From assembly GCA_036406835.1 (NCBI GenBank), contig DASXAG010000110.1, positions 156-64,155 of the forward strand: 64,000 nucleotides of DNA, in the 5' to 3' direction. The notes below the pieces were generated by a model, which was not told the DNA's origin, did not search any database, and saw only the letters and a program-made list of their open reading frames with translations. The position numbers and the translations under genes are program-made. Below, in pieces: positions 49,527 to 58,984 of this stretch. The DNA comes from Thermoanaerobaculia bacterium. Its GTDB lineage: Bacteria > Acidobacteriota > Thermoanaerobaculia > UBA5066 > Gp7-AA6. The number at the start of each line of letters is the position of its first letter. Position 1 is the stretch's first letter.

Positions 49527-51597
49527 TCCGGCGGATCTCCTCGCGGACCGCCGGATCGAGCTCGAGCGGGAGCGCCGCGCGGAAGCACCGCAGGCTGTTG
49601 ACGCGATCCCCGAGGCGCGAGAGGTAGATCGCCCCCAGGGTCCTCCAGGTCTCCGAAGAAGGGGCGAGCTTCGCGAGCTCCTCGTAGAGCCTGACCGCGT
49701 CGGCGTCGCGGCCGAGCTGGTATGAGACGCGGGCGGCGTTCTCGAGGGCCAGCGGGTCTCCCGGATTGAGGTGGAACGCCTCCCGGAAGGATGCGTAGGC
49801 GTCCGTCAGGCGTCCGCCCTGCGCGAGCAGCGTCCCGCGCTCCAGGAAGACGGCCGAAGAGCGGGACCCGGCGGCGATCGCGCCGTCCAGCACCCGGAGG
49901 GCGCCGTCCCGATCGCCCGCCTGCGAGAGCAGCCGTGCGAGATTCGTGGCGGACTCCGCTTGCGCCGGATCGAGCGCGAGCGCGTGGCGGAACTCGGCGG
50001 CGGCTTCGTCCTTGCGCCCGAGCGTCAGGAGACAGCCTGCGGCGTCGACGATCGGGACCTCGGAGCGCGGGTTCTCCCGCGACGCGCGCTGGAAGAGCGG
50101 GACGGCCTCCGCGCATTGGCCGGTCTCCTGGAGGCACCGCGCCGCGAGCGTCAACGCGGTGAAGTTGCGCGGATCGCGTCGGAGAATCGACTTCAGCGCG
50201 GGCAGGGCGTCCGTGAATCGCTCCTCCTGCATCTGCCGCGTGGCCTCGTGGATCACGCGCGCGAGGTCCGTGCGCTGGCGGGCATCCGGCAGTTTCGGAT
50301 CGACGGCGCCGCCGGCGCCCTGGAGGTAGCCCAGCGACAGCAGCTTGCGCGCGTCCTCGACCGAGGCGGGGGATTCTCCGGAGACGTCGCCCTCGAGCCG
50401 CTCTCCGGCGGCGGCGACGAGAGACTCGAGCCGGCCCTCCCAGGCGCGCGCGGACGCGGGGTCGGCGGCGGCGCGCGTCTCCGAGGGGTCCGCGTCGATC
50501 GCGTAGACGCTCTCCTCCGGGCTCTTGAGGAACAGCTCCCGGCCGTCGGAGAGCGCCCGCGGCGGATACCAGTGATACGCGAAGTAGGGCAGGAAGCTCT
50601 CCGTGTAGCTCACGCGCCGGCAGTCGCCCGCGGAAGTCGCGGGCAGCGGCAGAAGCGGCGTCCCGTCCAGCCCGTCCGGGGCGGCCGCGCGCGCGAAGGA
50701 CAGAAGCGTCGGCGCCACGTCCGCGGTCCGGACGAGGCAGGGAGCGCGACGCCCCGCCGGAACGTCCGGACCGGCGAGGATCAGGGGCACCCTCCGCGCG
50801 CCGGCGTAGAGGAGGAGGCCGTGCGTCGGCTCGCCGCGCTCGCCGAGCATCTCTCCATGGTCGCCGACGGCGACGACGTCGGTCTCCGGGGGAAGGGCGG
50901 CGAGCAGGGCGCCGATCTGTTCGTCCACGAAGGCGATCTCGCCGTCGTAGAGGCGATGGGGTCCGGCCATGGTCCGGGCGATGCGCTCGGGAGGCCGGTA
51001 TTCCTCGTGCGGGTCGAAGTAGTGGACCCACAGGAAAAACGGCGCGTGCAGCTTCGCGAGGGCGGCGAGGGCGGCCTCGGTCGTCGCGTCGGCGGTGCGT
51101 TCGTTCGGCTCGCCTCCGCCGGCGGAAGCGCCCAGGTCGTCGTCGTAGATGCGGAAGCCGCGGTCGAGCCCGTAGCGGCGGGCCAGGACGACCGCCGAGA
51201 CGACGGCCGCCGTGTCGTAGCCCGCGGCGCGAAGCCGCGAGGCCGCGGTCTCGATCTTCGCCGGCAGGACGAAGGTCCCGTTGTCTCGGACGCCGTGGCG
51301 CGTCGGGAAGAGTCCGGTCAGGATCGTCGCGTGGCTCGGTAGCGTGATCGGAGCGGCCGTGTCGCATCGCTCGAACAGCAGACCGCGCCTCGCGAGCGCG
51401 TCGAGATGGGGCGTGCGGGCATGCGTCCATCCGTAGCAGCCGAGGTGATCGGCGCGCGTGGTGTCGAGGGTGAGGAGAACGACGTTGGGCCTCGACGCCG
51501 GCGGATCGACCGCGGCGGGACGCGCGGCGGCGTCGAAGTCCGTCGCGAGCACGACCCCGAGGAAAAGAGCCGCGGAGAGGAGCGCCGCCCGGCGCAC
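49504..51597 (-). CDS. Sulfatase-like hydrolase with C-terminal TPR repeats
   Basis: LTLDTTRADHL, PITLPSHATILTG, WVHYFDPH, VGDHGE, then TPR helices. Confidence 0.88.
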   Translation of the reverse strand: MRRAALLSAALFLGVVLATDFDAAARPAAVDPPASRPNVVLLTLDTTRADHLGCYGWTHARTPHLDALARRGLLFERCDTAAPITLPSHATILTGLFPTRHGVRDNGTFVLPAKIETAASRLRAAGYDTAAVVSAVVLARRYGLDRGFRIYDDDLGASAGGGEPNERTADATTEAALAALAKLHAPFFLWVHYFDPHEEYRPPERIARTMAGPHRLYDGEIAFVDEQIGALLAALPPETDVVAVGDHGEMLGERGEPTHGLLLYAGARRVPLILAGPDVPAGRRAPCLVRTADVAPTLLSFARAAAPDGLDGTPLLPLPATSAGDCRRVSYTESFLPYFAYHWYPPRALSDGRELFLKSPEESVYAIDADPSETRAAADPASARAWEGRLESLVAAAGERLEGDVSGESPASVEDARKLLSLGYLQGAGGAVDPKLPDARQRTDLARVIHEATRQMQEERFTDALPALKSILRRDPRNFTALTLAARCLQETGQCAEAVPLFQRASRENPRSEVPIVDAAGCLLTLGRKDEAAAEFRHALALDPAQAESATNLARLLSQAGDRDGALRVLDGAIAAGSRSSAVFLERGTLLAQGGRLTDAYASFREAFHLNPGDPLALENAARVSYQLGRDADAVRLYEELAKLAPSSETWRTLGAIYLSRLGDRVNSLRCFRAALPLELDPAVREEIRRIIAGLEG

Positions 51598-53058
51598 CTA
51601 CGGCTGCCGGAGCATGTAGTCGCCGGGCTCCGACATCCGGACGACCTTGCCGTCGGCGTCGAGACCGAACCGGATGAGCTCCCCCTGCTGGGAGCCGCTC
51701 TTCATGCGGAAGGTGTCGGCGGCGTCCTTCACGGGCTCGAGCCGCACGCGGCCCTCCCACGGGTCGTCGTCGGAGGGGTCCACGATGCAGAGCTCGCCGT
51801 CGAGCACCATCACGAGCGAGACGTCGTCCTGCCAGCCGTAAGTGCCCACGTACTTCGACCAGGCGATCTCGGACGGGGGAGTCTCGGCCTTCTTCTTCGT
51901 CGCGCGGTCGATCGCGGGAGCCACGATCCGGATCGCGGCGTTGGCGTAGTGAGACGGCTCGCCGTCCGCCGCGTTGGTCAGCACGATCACGCCGAACTTC
52001 TCCGCGGGGATGAGCGTGATCTGGGTGCGGTGTCCGGGAACCGCGCCGCCGTGGGAGACGAGCGTCCGGCCGTCGCGGCGGCTGACTCCCCAGCCGAGGC
52101 CGCGTCCGCTCCGCCAGTCGGGGTCGAGCCACTGCACGCGCTGCATCTCGTGGAGGGTGGACGCCTTCAGGATCGGGGAGCCGCCGGCGGCCGGCGAGGT
52201 CCCGTCGCGGAACTGCAACGCCGCGAATCGGGCGAGGTCCTCGACCGTCGAGGCGAGGTTCGCGGCGGGGACCATGTAGGCCGCGTCGAAGTATGGCTCG
52301 ACGCGCCGCGGCTTGCCGGGAACGCGCCGCCCGTAGCCCGTGGCGAGCGTCTTCATGTCGCGCGGCGGAATCACCTTCGTCGACGACATCCCGAGCGGCT
52401 CCAGGATGTGCCGCGTGACGTAGTCGGCGTAAGGCTCGCCCGACGCCTTCTCGACGACGTAGCCGGCGAGCGAAAGCGCGACGTTCGAATACTTGTATTC
52501 GGTCTCCGGCGGCCCGACGACGCCCGCCTGGTTGAGGAGCTTCTCCATCTCCTCGCGGGGCGGGAACCGCAGGTCGTTCCAGTACGTGCCCTCGACCTCG
52601 CGAGGCAGTCCGGAGGTGTGGGTCAGCAGGTGTCGAATCGTGATCACGGGGCTGTTCGCGTCGACGCGGGTCGGGGCGAACTCCGGCAGCCACTGCGACA
52701 CCGGGTCGTCGAGCTGCAGCTTGCCCGCGTCGCGCAGCTGGAGGATGGCCGTCGCGGTGAAGAGCTTCGACAGCGAGGCGATGCGATAGTCGGTCGCCGG
52801 CGTCGCCGGCGTCTTCTTCGCGAGGTCGGCGAAGCCGTAGCCCTTGGACCACACGAGGTCCTGGTCGTGGACGATGCCGATCGAGACGCCCGGCTGCTCG
52901 CGGTCGGCGGCGGTGCGCGCGACCCAGGCGTCGAACACCTGGATCGCCGAGGCGACGCCGGGGTCGTCGGTCAGACGCTTCGGGGGCTCGGCGGCGGCGA
53001 GCGCTCGAGCGACGAGAGCGGAAGCGAGAAGCGCCGCGAGGCGTCGGGACCGGATCAT
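51598..53058 (-). CDS. Serine hydrolase (beta-lactamase class C-like)
   Basis: IASLSK (SxxK), LLTHTSG, YSN and HGG. Confidence 0.9.
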   Translation of the reverse strand: MIRSRRLAALLASALVARALAAAEPPKRLTDDPGVASAIQVFDAWVARTAADREQPGVSIGIVHDQDLVWSKGYGFADLAKKTPATPATDYRIASLSKLFTATAILQLRDAGKLQLDDPVSQWLPEFAPTRVDANSPVITIRHLLTHTSGLPREVEGTYWNDLRFPPREEMEKLLNQAGVVGPPETEYKYSNVALSLAGYVVEKASGEPYADYVTRHILEPLGMSSTKVIPPRDMKTLATGYGRRVPGKPRRVEPYFDAAYMVPAANLASTVEDLARFAALQFRDGTSPAAGGSPILKASTLHEMQRVQWLDPDWRSGRGLGWGVSRRDGRTLVSHGGAVPGHRTQITLIPAEKFGVIVLTNAADGEPSHYANAAIRIVAPAIDRATKKKAETPPSEIAWSKYVGTYGWQDDVSLVMVLDGELCIVDPSDDDPWEGRVRLEPVKDAADTFRMKSGSQQGELIRFGLDADGKVVRMSEPGDYMLRQP

Positions 53059-53092
53059 GGGATGAGACCTCCTCGTGTCGAACGCGATTCTT

Positions 53093-53740
53093 TCACCCGA
53101 GGATCCCGGCGAGCCAGCGGTCCACGCCGGGCGCGAGGGCGACGGCGACCGTCCAGACCCAGAGCGCGGTGACCGCTCCCGCGAAGACGTCCATCGTGTA
53201 GTGCGCGCGCAGGACGATCACCGCGGCCGCCTCGGCGAGGACGATGGCGACGCCGAGGATCGCCGCCGCGGGTCCGCCCGCGTGCGCGAGCTCGAGACTG
53301 CCGTAGACGGCGATCGCGGTGTGGCCCGAGAAGAACAGGTCGTTGCTCGTCCCGTAGGTCACGAGCAGCGACGGGAGGCCGGGGCTCCGCCAGATCATGC
53401 CCTCCGGCGCGGGAAGCGCGCAGAGGCCCTGGCAGAGCTGCCGCAGCGCGAAGAGGAGGACGAGTCCCAGGAACGGCCGGATCGTCGGACCGAGGATCGC
53501 CCGCGCGACGAGGAAGATCCCGAGGAGGTCGATCACGGCGGACGTCGCCGCGAGCAGCGCGTCGGCCCGCCGCGGATGAGCGTGGAGCGACCGGTTCAGC
53601 GGCGCGGTCAGCTCGAGGAGGCGGTCGCCGATCGCGCCCTGCGGGAACGCGCGCCGCGCGATGAGCCGCTGGGTCCAGAACCACAGGCCGAGACCCGCTC
53701 CCACGAGGAGGGCCCGCCCCGCCGCGAGCGACACGCTCAC
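53093..53740 (-). CDS. PAP2-superfamily membrane enzyme (sphingomyelin-synthase-like PAP2_C)
   Basis: NDLFFSGHT and LRAHYTMDV catalytic motifs; GTGA overlap with the upstream gene. Confidence 0.78.
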   Translation of the reverse strand: MSVSLAAGRALLVGAGLGLWFWTQRLIARRAFPQGAIGDRLLELTAPLNRSLHAHPRRADALLAATSAVIDLLGIFLVARAILGPTIRPFLGLVLLFALRQLCQGLCALPAPEGMIWRSPGLPSLLVTYGTSNDLFFSGHTAIAVYGSLELAHAGGPAAAILGVAIVLAEAAAVIVLRAHYTMDVFAGAVTALWVWTVAVALAPGVDRWLAGILG

Positions 53741-55119
53741 GGCGCGCTCGACTCCCTGTCGCTGTCGGCGAGAGCGACGAGCGAGCCGAGCTCGGCGACC
53801 AGGCGTCGGCGTTGTGCGTGCAGCCGCCGCGACGCGCCGCGGTCGCCGAGGAACCGCGCGAAGGCGCGCGCCTCCGAGCCGACGCGCCCGAGCCGCTCCT
53901 GCCAGGCGAGCGCGAAGAAACCGAGCGGCAGGAGCGCGACCGCGAAGGCGGCCAGCGCGACGCCGCCGCCGAGCCGGTACGCGAGCCAGCCCTCGAGGAG
54001 CCACGCGATCGGGTAGAGGACGAGGCCCGCCGCGATCTTGTCGGTCGCCTCCTCCTCCTCGGTGTGGGGAATGAGCCGGACGGCGAGGATCGTCAGCAGG
54101 TAGGGCAGCCCGTGCACGGCCATGCCGCAGAGCGCGAGAGGCGCGCCGAGGAGGATTGCGGCTCCTTCGCTCAGTGTGAACCGCGCGACGCTCGCGCACG
54201 AGTAGCGGCGCGACAGCTGCTCCGCGGCGACGCCGGCCCTCTCCGCCTCCGCGTCGTAGGCCTCGAGGTCGCGGCGGAACGCGGCGATGCGCTCGGGTGC
54301 GGCCCGCGAGAGGGATCGGTAGCGCAGCATCGCGCCCTGCAGCCAGGCCGCGCGCTCGGCCTCGCTTTGGGACGCGGAGCCTCCGCCCTCCCGCCACAGC
54401 TCCTCGGCGAGCTTGAGGAGGCGCAGCGTCCTGCGGTCGTCCGCCTCGACGATGAGCCCGCGCAGGGCTAACGTGAGGCGCTCGGTGAGGACGCGCGGCG
54501 GCGGTCCCGTCAGGCCCGCGGCTCCCGGCGCGGCCGGGCCGAGGTCCCGCGTGGGGACGGGCGGGCCGATCGAGACCAGGGCGCGGCCGTCCCGGAACGT
54601 CCCCGGCCGGTCGAAGACGAGCCCGACCGGCAGGAGCGTCACGGCGAGGCCCGGCGCGGCGCTCTCGGCCGCGAAGAGCATCCGGGCGGTGCCGGTGCGC
54701 AGCTCCTGGAGGCTCGGCTCCGGCTGCGTGACGCCTTCCGGGAAGATGAGGATCGCGCCTCCGGAGGTGAGCGCCGCGGTCGTCGCCTCGAAGAGCGCCG
54801 CGTTCTTGGACGGATCGTCGCCCGCCTCCTTGCGCCGGTGGACCGGCAGCGCGCCCATCGTCCGCAGGAACGGGCCGATCAACGGATGGCGGAAGAGCGG
54901 CGCGTTCGCGAGGGTGCGCAGGCGGCGCGGGATCATGGCGATCGCGATCATCGCGTCCACGACCGAGTTGTGGTGATTCGCGGCGACGATCAGCGGCCCC
55001 TCCGCCGGGACGTTCTCCACGCCGACCCTCTCGATCCGCGAATAGAAGAGACGGAGGAGGAGGCGGCTCAGGCCGCGGACGAGGGCGTACCCCGCGCCGC
55101 CTCCCGCCCGGTCGCTCAC
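53737..55119 (-). CDS. Lysophospholipid/glycerol acyltransferase (PlsC-like) with C-terminal TM helices
   Basis: ANHHNSVVD (HxxxxD), LFRHP, IFPEG and LPVGL. Confidence 0.88.
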   Translation of the reverse strand: MSDRAGGGAGYALVRGLSRLLLRLFYSRIERVGVENVPAEGPLIVAANHHNSVVDAMIAIAMIPRRLRTLANAPLFRHPLIGPFLRTMGALPVHRRKEAGDDPSKNAALFEATTAALTSGGAILIFPEGVTQPEPSLQELRTGTARMLFAAESAAPGLAVTLLPVGLVFDRPGTFRDGRALVSIGPPVPTRDLGPAAPGAAGLTGPPPRVLTERLTLALRGLIVEADDRRTLRLLKLAEELWREGGGSASQSEAERAAWLQGAMLRYRSLSRAAPERIAAFRRDLEAYDAEAERAGVAAEQLSRRYSCASVARFTLSEGAAILLGAPLALCGMAVHGLPYLLTILAVRLIPHTEEEEATDKIAAGLVLYPIAWLLEGWLAYRLGGGVALAAFAVALLPLGFFALAWQERLGRVGSEARAFARFLGDRGASRRLHAQRRRLVAELGSLVALADSDRESSAP

Positions 55120-56474
55120 GCCGTCCCGCGTTGCAGCCGCGTCGGGGCCAGCGCCGTGTCGCGCTCGAGGTGACGCGCGCCGAGCAGCCAGAGGACTCCG
55201 GCGACGACGAACATGGCGCCGACGACGAAGAAGGCGCGGTGCATGGTGGAGCGGTCGGCGAGGATGCCGATGACGACGGGGGAGATCACGTCGCCGAAGG
55301 CGTGGATGAGGAAGATGTTGAGGGCGTAGCTCGCGGCGCGCATCGAGGGATGGCTGACGTTGGCGAGGATCGTGTTGGACGGTCCCGTGTTGAAGAAGAG
55401 GCAGAAGCTGGCGACGAAGATCCAGATCCAGATCCACGGGAACGGGGCGGAGAGAGTCAGGAGGAAGAAGGGGAACCCGACGAGCATCGCGGCGCCGGAA
55501 ACGAGGAAATAGGAGCCCGGGAAGCGGGCGCGCAGCCGGTCGCCGGCGACGCCGCCCAACAGCGTCGCGACGAGGCCCGCGACGCAGGTGATGCCGCCGA
55601 AGATCACGGTCGCGGACGCGGGGGCGCCGGGCTTCTGCACGAGGAAGAAGGGCATCCAGAACGCGATGCCCCCGATCGCGAACGTCATCGCGGTCATGCC
55701 GAGCGTGCAGAAGAGCCAGGACGGCGTCTTGAGCAGCATGCCGTAGTCGCGCAGGCGGACGTGCGGGGCCGGTCCGCCCGCGAGCCCGTCCGTCTGCCCG
55801 CGCGGCGGGTCCTTCATGAAGAACGCCCACGTGCCGAGGATCAGGCCGGGCGGCACGACGAGGAAGAACGCCCACCGCCAGCTCTCCGCATGGATCCCGA
55901 GGAGCCGCGCGCCCAGCGCGCCGATCGACGAGCCGCCGACCGCGCCGCCGAGCACGTAGCCGAGCGCGCTGCCGACCGGGATCGCCATGTAGAACCAGGC
56001 GAGGATGCGGCCGCGGTGCTCGACCGGATAGAGGTCCGAGAGGATCGCCGGCGCGACCGGTCCGTACGCGGCCTCGCCCACGCCCACGAGGCAGCGCGTC
56101 AGGAGGAGGGAGAAGAAGCCCGCCGCGAGACCGGACGCGCCGCTCGCCAGGCTCCAGAGGAGGATCCCGACGCCGACGAGCACCCACCGGGGATGGCGCT
56201 CGGCGAGGCGTCCGAAGATCGGCGCGCCGACCATGTAGAGCACCATGAAGGCCATCGACAGGACCCCGATGAGCGCGAGCGCGGGCTGGAAGCCGAGGTG
56301 GTCGCGGCACCAGGCCTGGAGCGCCTCGAGCGCCTCGGACCGCGCGGCGCCGCCGCCGAAGAAGCTGCGCTCGATCCACGGCACGACCGCGGCGAGGACC
56401 TGGCGGTCGACGTAGTTGAAGAGGTTGATGAGGAGAAGGAGAACCAGCGCCGTTCGGGGACCTCGGTCCTTCAC
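55116..56474 (-). CDS. Spinster-family MFS transporter
   Basis: LLINLFNYVDRQ, TRCLVGVGEAAY, AIPVGSALGY and NIFLIHAFGD. Confidence 0.85.
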   Translation of the reverse strand: MKDRGPRTALVLLLLINLFNYVDRQVLAAVVPWIERSFFGGGAARSEALEALQAWCRDHLGFQPALALIGVLSMAFMVLYMVGAPIFGRLAERHPRWVLVGVGILLWSLASGASGLAAGFFSLLLTRCLVGVGEAAYGPVAPAILSDLYPVEHRGRILAWFYMAIPVGSALGYVLGGAVGGSSIGALGARLLGIHAESWRWAFFLVVPPGLILGTWAFFMKDPPRGQTDGLAGGPAPHVRLRDYGMLLKTPSWLFCTLGMTAMTFAIGGIAFWMPFFLVQKPGAPASATVIFGGITCVAGLVATLLGGVAGDRLRARFPGSYFLVSGAAMLVGFPFFLLTLSAPFPWIWIWIFVASFCLFFNTGPSNTILANVSHPSMRAASYALNIFLIHAFGDVISPVVIGILADRSTMHRAFFVVGAMFVVAGVLWLLGARHLERDTALAPTRLQRGTA

Positions 56475-57262
56475 CTCTTGCTCTCCTGGACGCGCCGGGC
56501 GACCGCGGTGACGAGGCGGCGCGGGCTGACGCGCAGCGCCTCGACGAGCACGCGGTTGCCGGCGCCCGGGATGACGATCCGCTTGCCCCGAAGCATCCCG
56601 TCGTAGCCGGCGCGCGCGACCTCGGGCGCGTTCATCACGAGCATCGACCGGAAGAGGCGCGTCTGCGCCACGCCCGCGTTCTTCTGGAACTCCGTGATCG
56701 TCGGGCCGGGGCACAACGCGGTGACCGTGATCCCCGAGCCGTCGAGCTCGTTCGCGAGCGCCTCCGTGAAGGAGAGGACGTACGCCTTGGTCGCGTAGTA
56801 GACGGCCATGAGCGGTCCCGGCTGGAACGCGGCCGTCGAGGCGACGTTGAGGATGCGGCCCCGCCGCCGCGCGCGCATTCCGGGAAGCAGGAGCTTGGTC
56901 AGGTGCGTCGGCGCGGTGACGTTGACCCGGATCATCTCGAGCTCCTTCTCGATCGGAGTCTCCGCGAACGGGCCGTAGACGCCGAACCCGGCGTTGTTGA
57001 CGAGGCTGTCGACGTCGAGACCACGCTCCGCGAGGTCGCGCGCGATCGCGTCCGGCGAGGCGGGATCCGCGAGGTCCCGCACGAGGATCGTGACCGAGAC
57101 GCCGTACTCCTCGCCGAGGCCGCGGGCGATGGCGTCGAGCCGGTCGCGGCTGCGTGCCACGAGGACGAGGTCGTGCCGGTCGCGCGCGAAGAGAGTCGCC
57201 AGCTCCAGCCCGATGCCGCTCGAGGCGCCCGTGACGAGCGCGGTGCCGCCTGGTCCTGTCAT
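56471..57262 (-). CDS. SDR family oxidoreductase
   Basis: TGASSGIG, NNAGFG, NVAS, YYATK and LCPGPT; the ATG lies inside a repeat end. Confidence 0.9.
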   Translation of the reverse strand: MTGPGGTALVTGASSGIGLELATLFARDRHDLVLVARSRDRLDAIARGLGEEYGVSVTILVRDLADPASPDAIARDLAERGLDVDSLVNNAGFGVYGPFAETPIEKELEMIRVNVTAPTHLTKLLLPGMRARRRGRILNVASTAAFQPGPLMAVYYATKAYVLSFTEALANELDGSGITVTALCPGPTITEFQKNAGVAQTRLFRSMLVMNAPEVARAGYDGMLRGKRIVIPGAGNRVLVEALRVSPRRLVTAVARRVQESKR

Positions 57263-57343
57263 CCCGAGGAGCGCAGCGACGAGGGATCCCTTTCCGAGCG
57301 ACAGCATGGCTTCAAAGGGGTCCCTCGCTCCGCTCGGGATGAC
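57258..57343. repeat. REP/MITE-like element, family B, second copy
   Basis: GTCATCCCGAG...GAGGGATCCCT...GGCTTCAAAGGGG.CCCTCGCT.CGCTCGGGATGAC, the same length as the 6695-6780 copy. Confidence 0.85.
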
Positions 57344-57353
57344 AAGATGCTCG

Positions 57354-58970
57354 TCAGCCCTGAGCCTTCAACTCCTGGCCGGGCGATTCCGCCTTCCGGC
57401 TCGCGCCTCCCGCCTCCCGTGTCATCGGCCGCGGGCGCACGACGTAGGTCCAGGCGTTCGCCAGCTCCGCCTTGCCCCAGCGGAGCAGGCCGTGGAAAAG
57501 CATTACCCACATCGCTCCGCGCACCGAGTAGCCCACGAACTTCGGCCGGCGGCCGGCGTTGTGGTTCCCGTAGATCCCCAGGGCCTTCTTGCGCTGCGCG
57601 ATCTTGACCAGGCGGCGGTTGTAGAAGCGGATGGGGTAGTAGCCGATCTCGGCGCCGTCCTCGAAGAACGGCGGGATGCCGAGTCGCTCGTGCGACCACC
57701 GGTAGATCGGCATGACGGCGGCGAAGTAGTAGAGCGCGGTGTCGAGGAGGAACGCGGTCGTCATGGTGTCGTAGTCGCCCATGACGTAGTACTTGTCCCG
57801 GAAGATCGACTCGTAGAAGTACTTGAAGTAGCGGTCGTACCTCCGGTTGTGCAGGGCGTACTCCTCGGCCATCTTCTCCGCGGGGGCGCCCCCGAGGTCC
57901 TGGAGGATGAGCCGCGTCCGCGTCCAGACGGAGAACGACATCTGGTCGAGCCCGGGCGAGTAGAACGGGTCGAGGAATCCGCCCGCGTCGCCGACCTGGG
58001 CCCAGCCCGGGCCGATGAACTTGTCCACGAAGTACGGCAGGTGCGCGTAGTAGCGGCAGTCGCCTTCGACGGCCGTCGCGCCCTCGATCATCTCGCGCGT
58101 CAGGGGGTTGGTTTGCAGGAACCGCGTGAGCTTGTCGAGCGGCGTCGTCCCCTCGGGAGTCACCAGCCGCCTGTCCCAGACGAGGCCCACGCTCATCTCG
58201 CCGTCGTGCAGCGGGATGAACCAGATCCAGTAGCCCCAGCCGGTGAAGTGGTTGGTCGCCGCCCGCCGCGGCGCGATGAGCGCGCGGTGCCACGGATCGG
58301 CCGGATCGACTCCCGCGACCTCGATGCCGTCCATGTCCTTGACGTTCCGATAGCGGACCCAGATCGCGGCCGTGGGGTGCGAGTCGATCGGCGTGACGCC
58401 GCCGCGCTTGCGGGCGAGCATCGCCTGCCGGCCGGTCGCGTCCACGAGCCAGCGGCAGGAGACGGTCGACGAGGTAGTCGTCGTCCCGTCGGTTCTCTCG
58501 ACCGTGAGCGTGTTGGGCCCGGCCCCCTCGCCGAGAGTCCAGCCGGTGACCTTCGCGGGCCGCCAGAGCTCGGCGCCCGCCTCTTGCGCGACGGAGAGGA
58601 TGTGCTCGTCGAGCTTCGCGCGGTCGAGCTGGAAGGACGGCGTGCGTGCGAGCTGGGTCGGTCCGGTCTCGGACGCCTCGCGCAGGCACGTCACGTCGTC
58701 GTTGAAGAACCAGTACCGGAAGGCCTGCTTGGGAAGCTGCTCGCGCGAGAGGTACGTCCAGAGCTTGAGCACCCGCGTCAGGAAGTAGGAGGACACCTCG
58801 ACGGTGGACTCGCCGACCTTCCAGTCGAAGCGTTCGGTCTTCTCGACGACGAGGACGCGCAGCGCGGGATTGCCGCGCTTCAACACGGTCGCCGTCGACG
58901 CGCCCGCGACGGCGCCGCCCACGACGACGACGTCGTAGGCGAGGGGCTCGGCCGCCATGGGGGACTCCAT
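57354..58970 (-). CDS. NAD(P)/FAD-dependent oxidoreductase, flavin-dependent halogenase-like
   Basis: VVVVGGAVAG, KVGES, DATGR, WIWFIP and GDAGGFLDPFYSPG. Confidence 0.8.
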   Translation of the reverse strand: MESPMAAEPLAYDVVVVGGAVAGASTATVLKRGNPALRVLVVEKTERFDWKVGESTVEVSSYFLTRVLKLWTYLSREQLPKQAFRYWFFNDDVTCLREASETGPTQLARTPSFQLDRAKLDEHILSVAQEAGAELWRPAKVTGWTLGEGAGPNTLTVERTDGTTTTSSTVSCRWLVDATGRQAMLARKRGGVTPIDSHPTAAIWVRYRNVKDMDGIEVAGVDPADPWHRALIAPRRAATNHFTGWGYWIWFIPLHDGEMSVGLVWDRRLVTPEGTTPLDKLTRFLQTNPLTREMIEGATAVEGDCRYYAHLPYFVDKFIGPGWAQVGDAGGFLDPFYSPGLDQMSFSVWTRTRLILQDLGGAPAEKMAEEYALHNRRYDRYFKYFYESIFRDKYYVMGDYDTMTTAFLLDTALYYFAAVMPIYRWSHERLGIPPFFEDGAEIGYYPIRFYNRRLVKIAQRKKALGIYGNHNAGRRPKFVGYSVRGAMWVMLFHGLLRWGKAELANAWTYVVRPRPMTREAGGASRKAESPGQELKAQG

Positions 58971-58984
58971 CGGGATGTTCCAGT

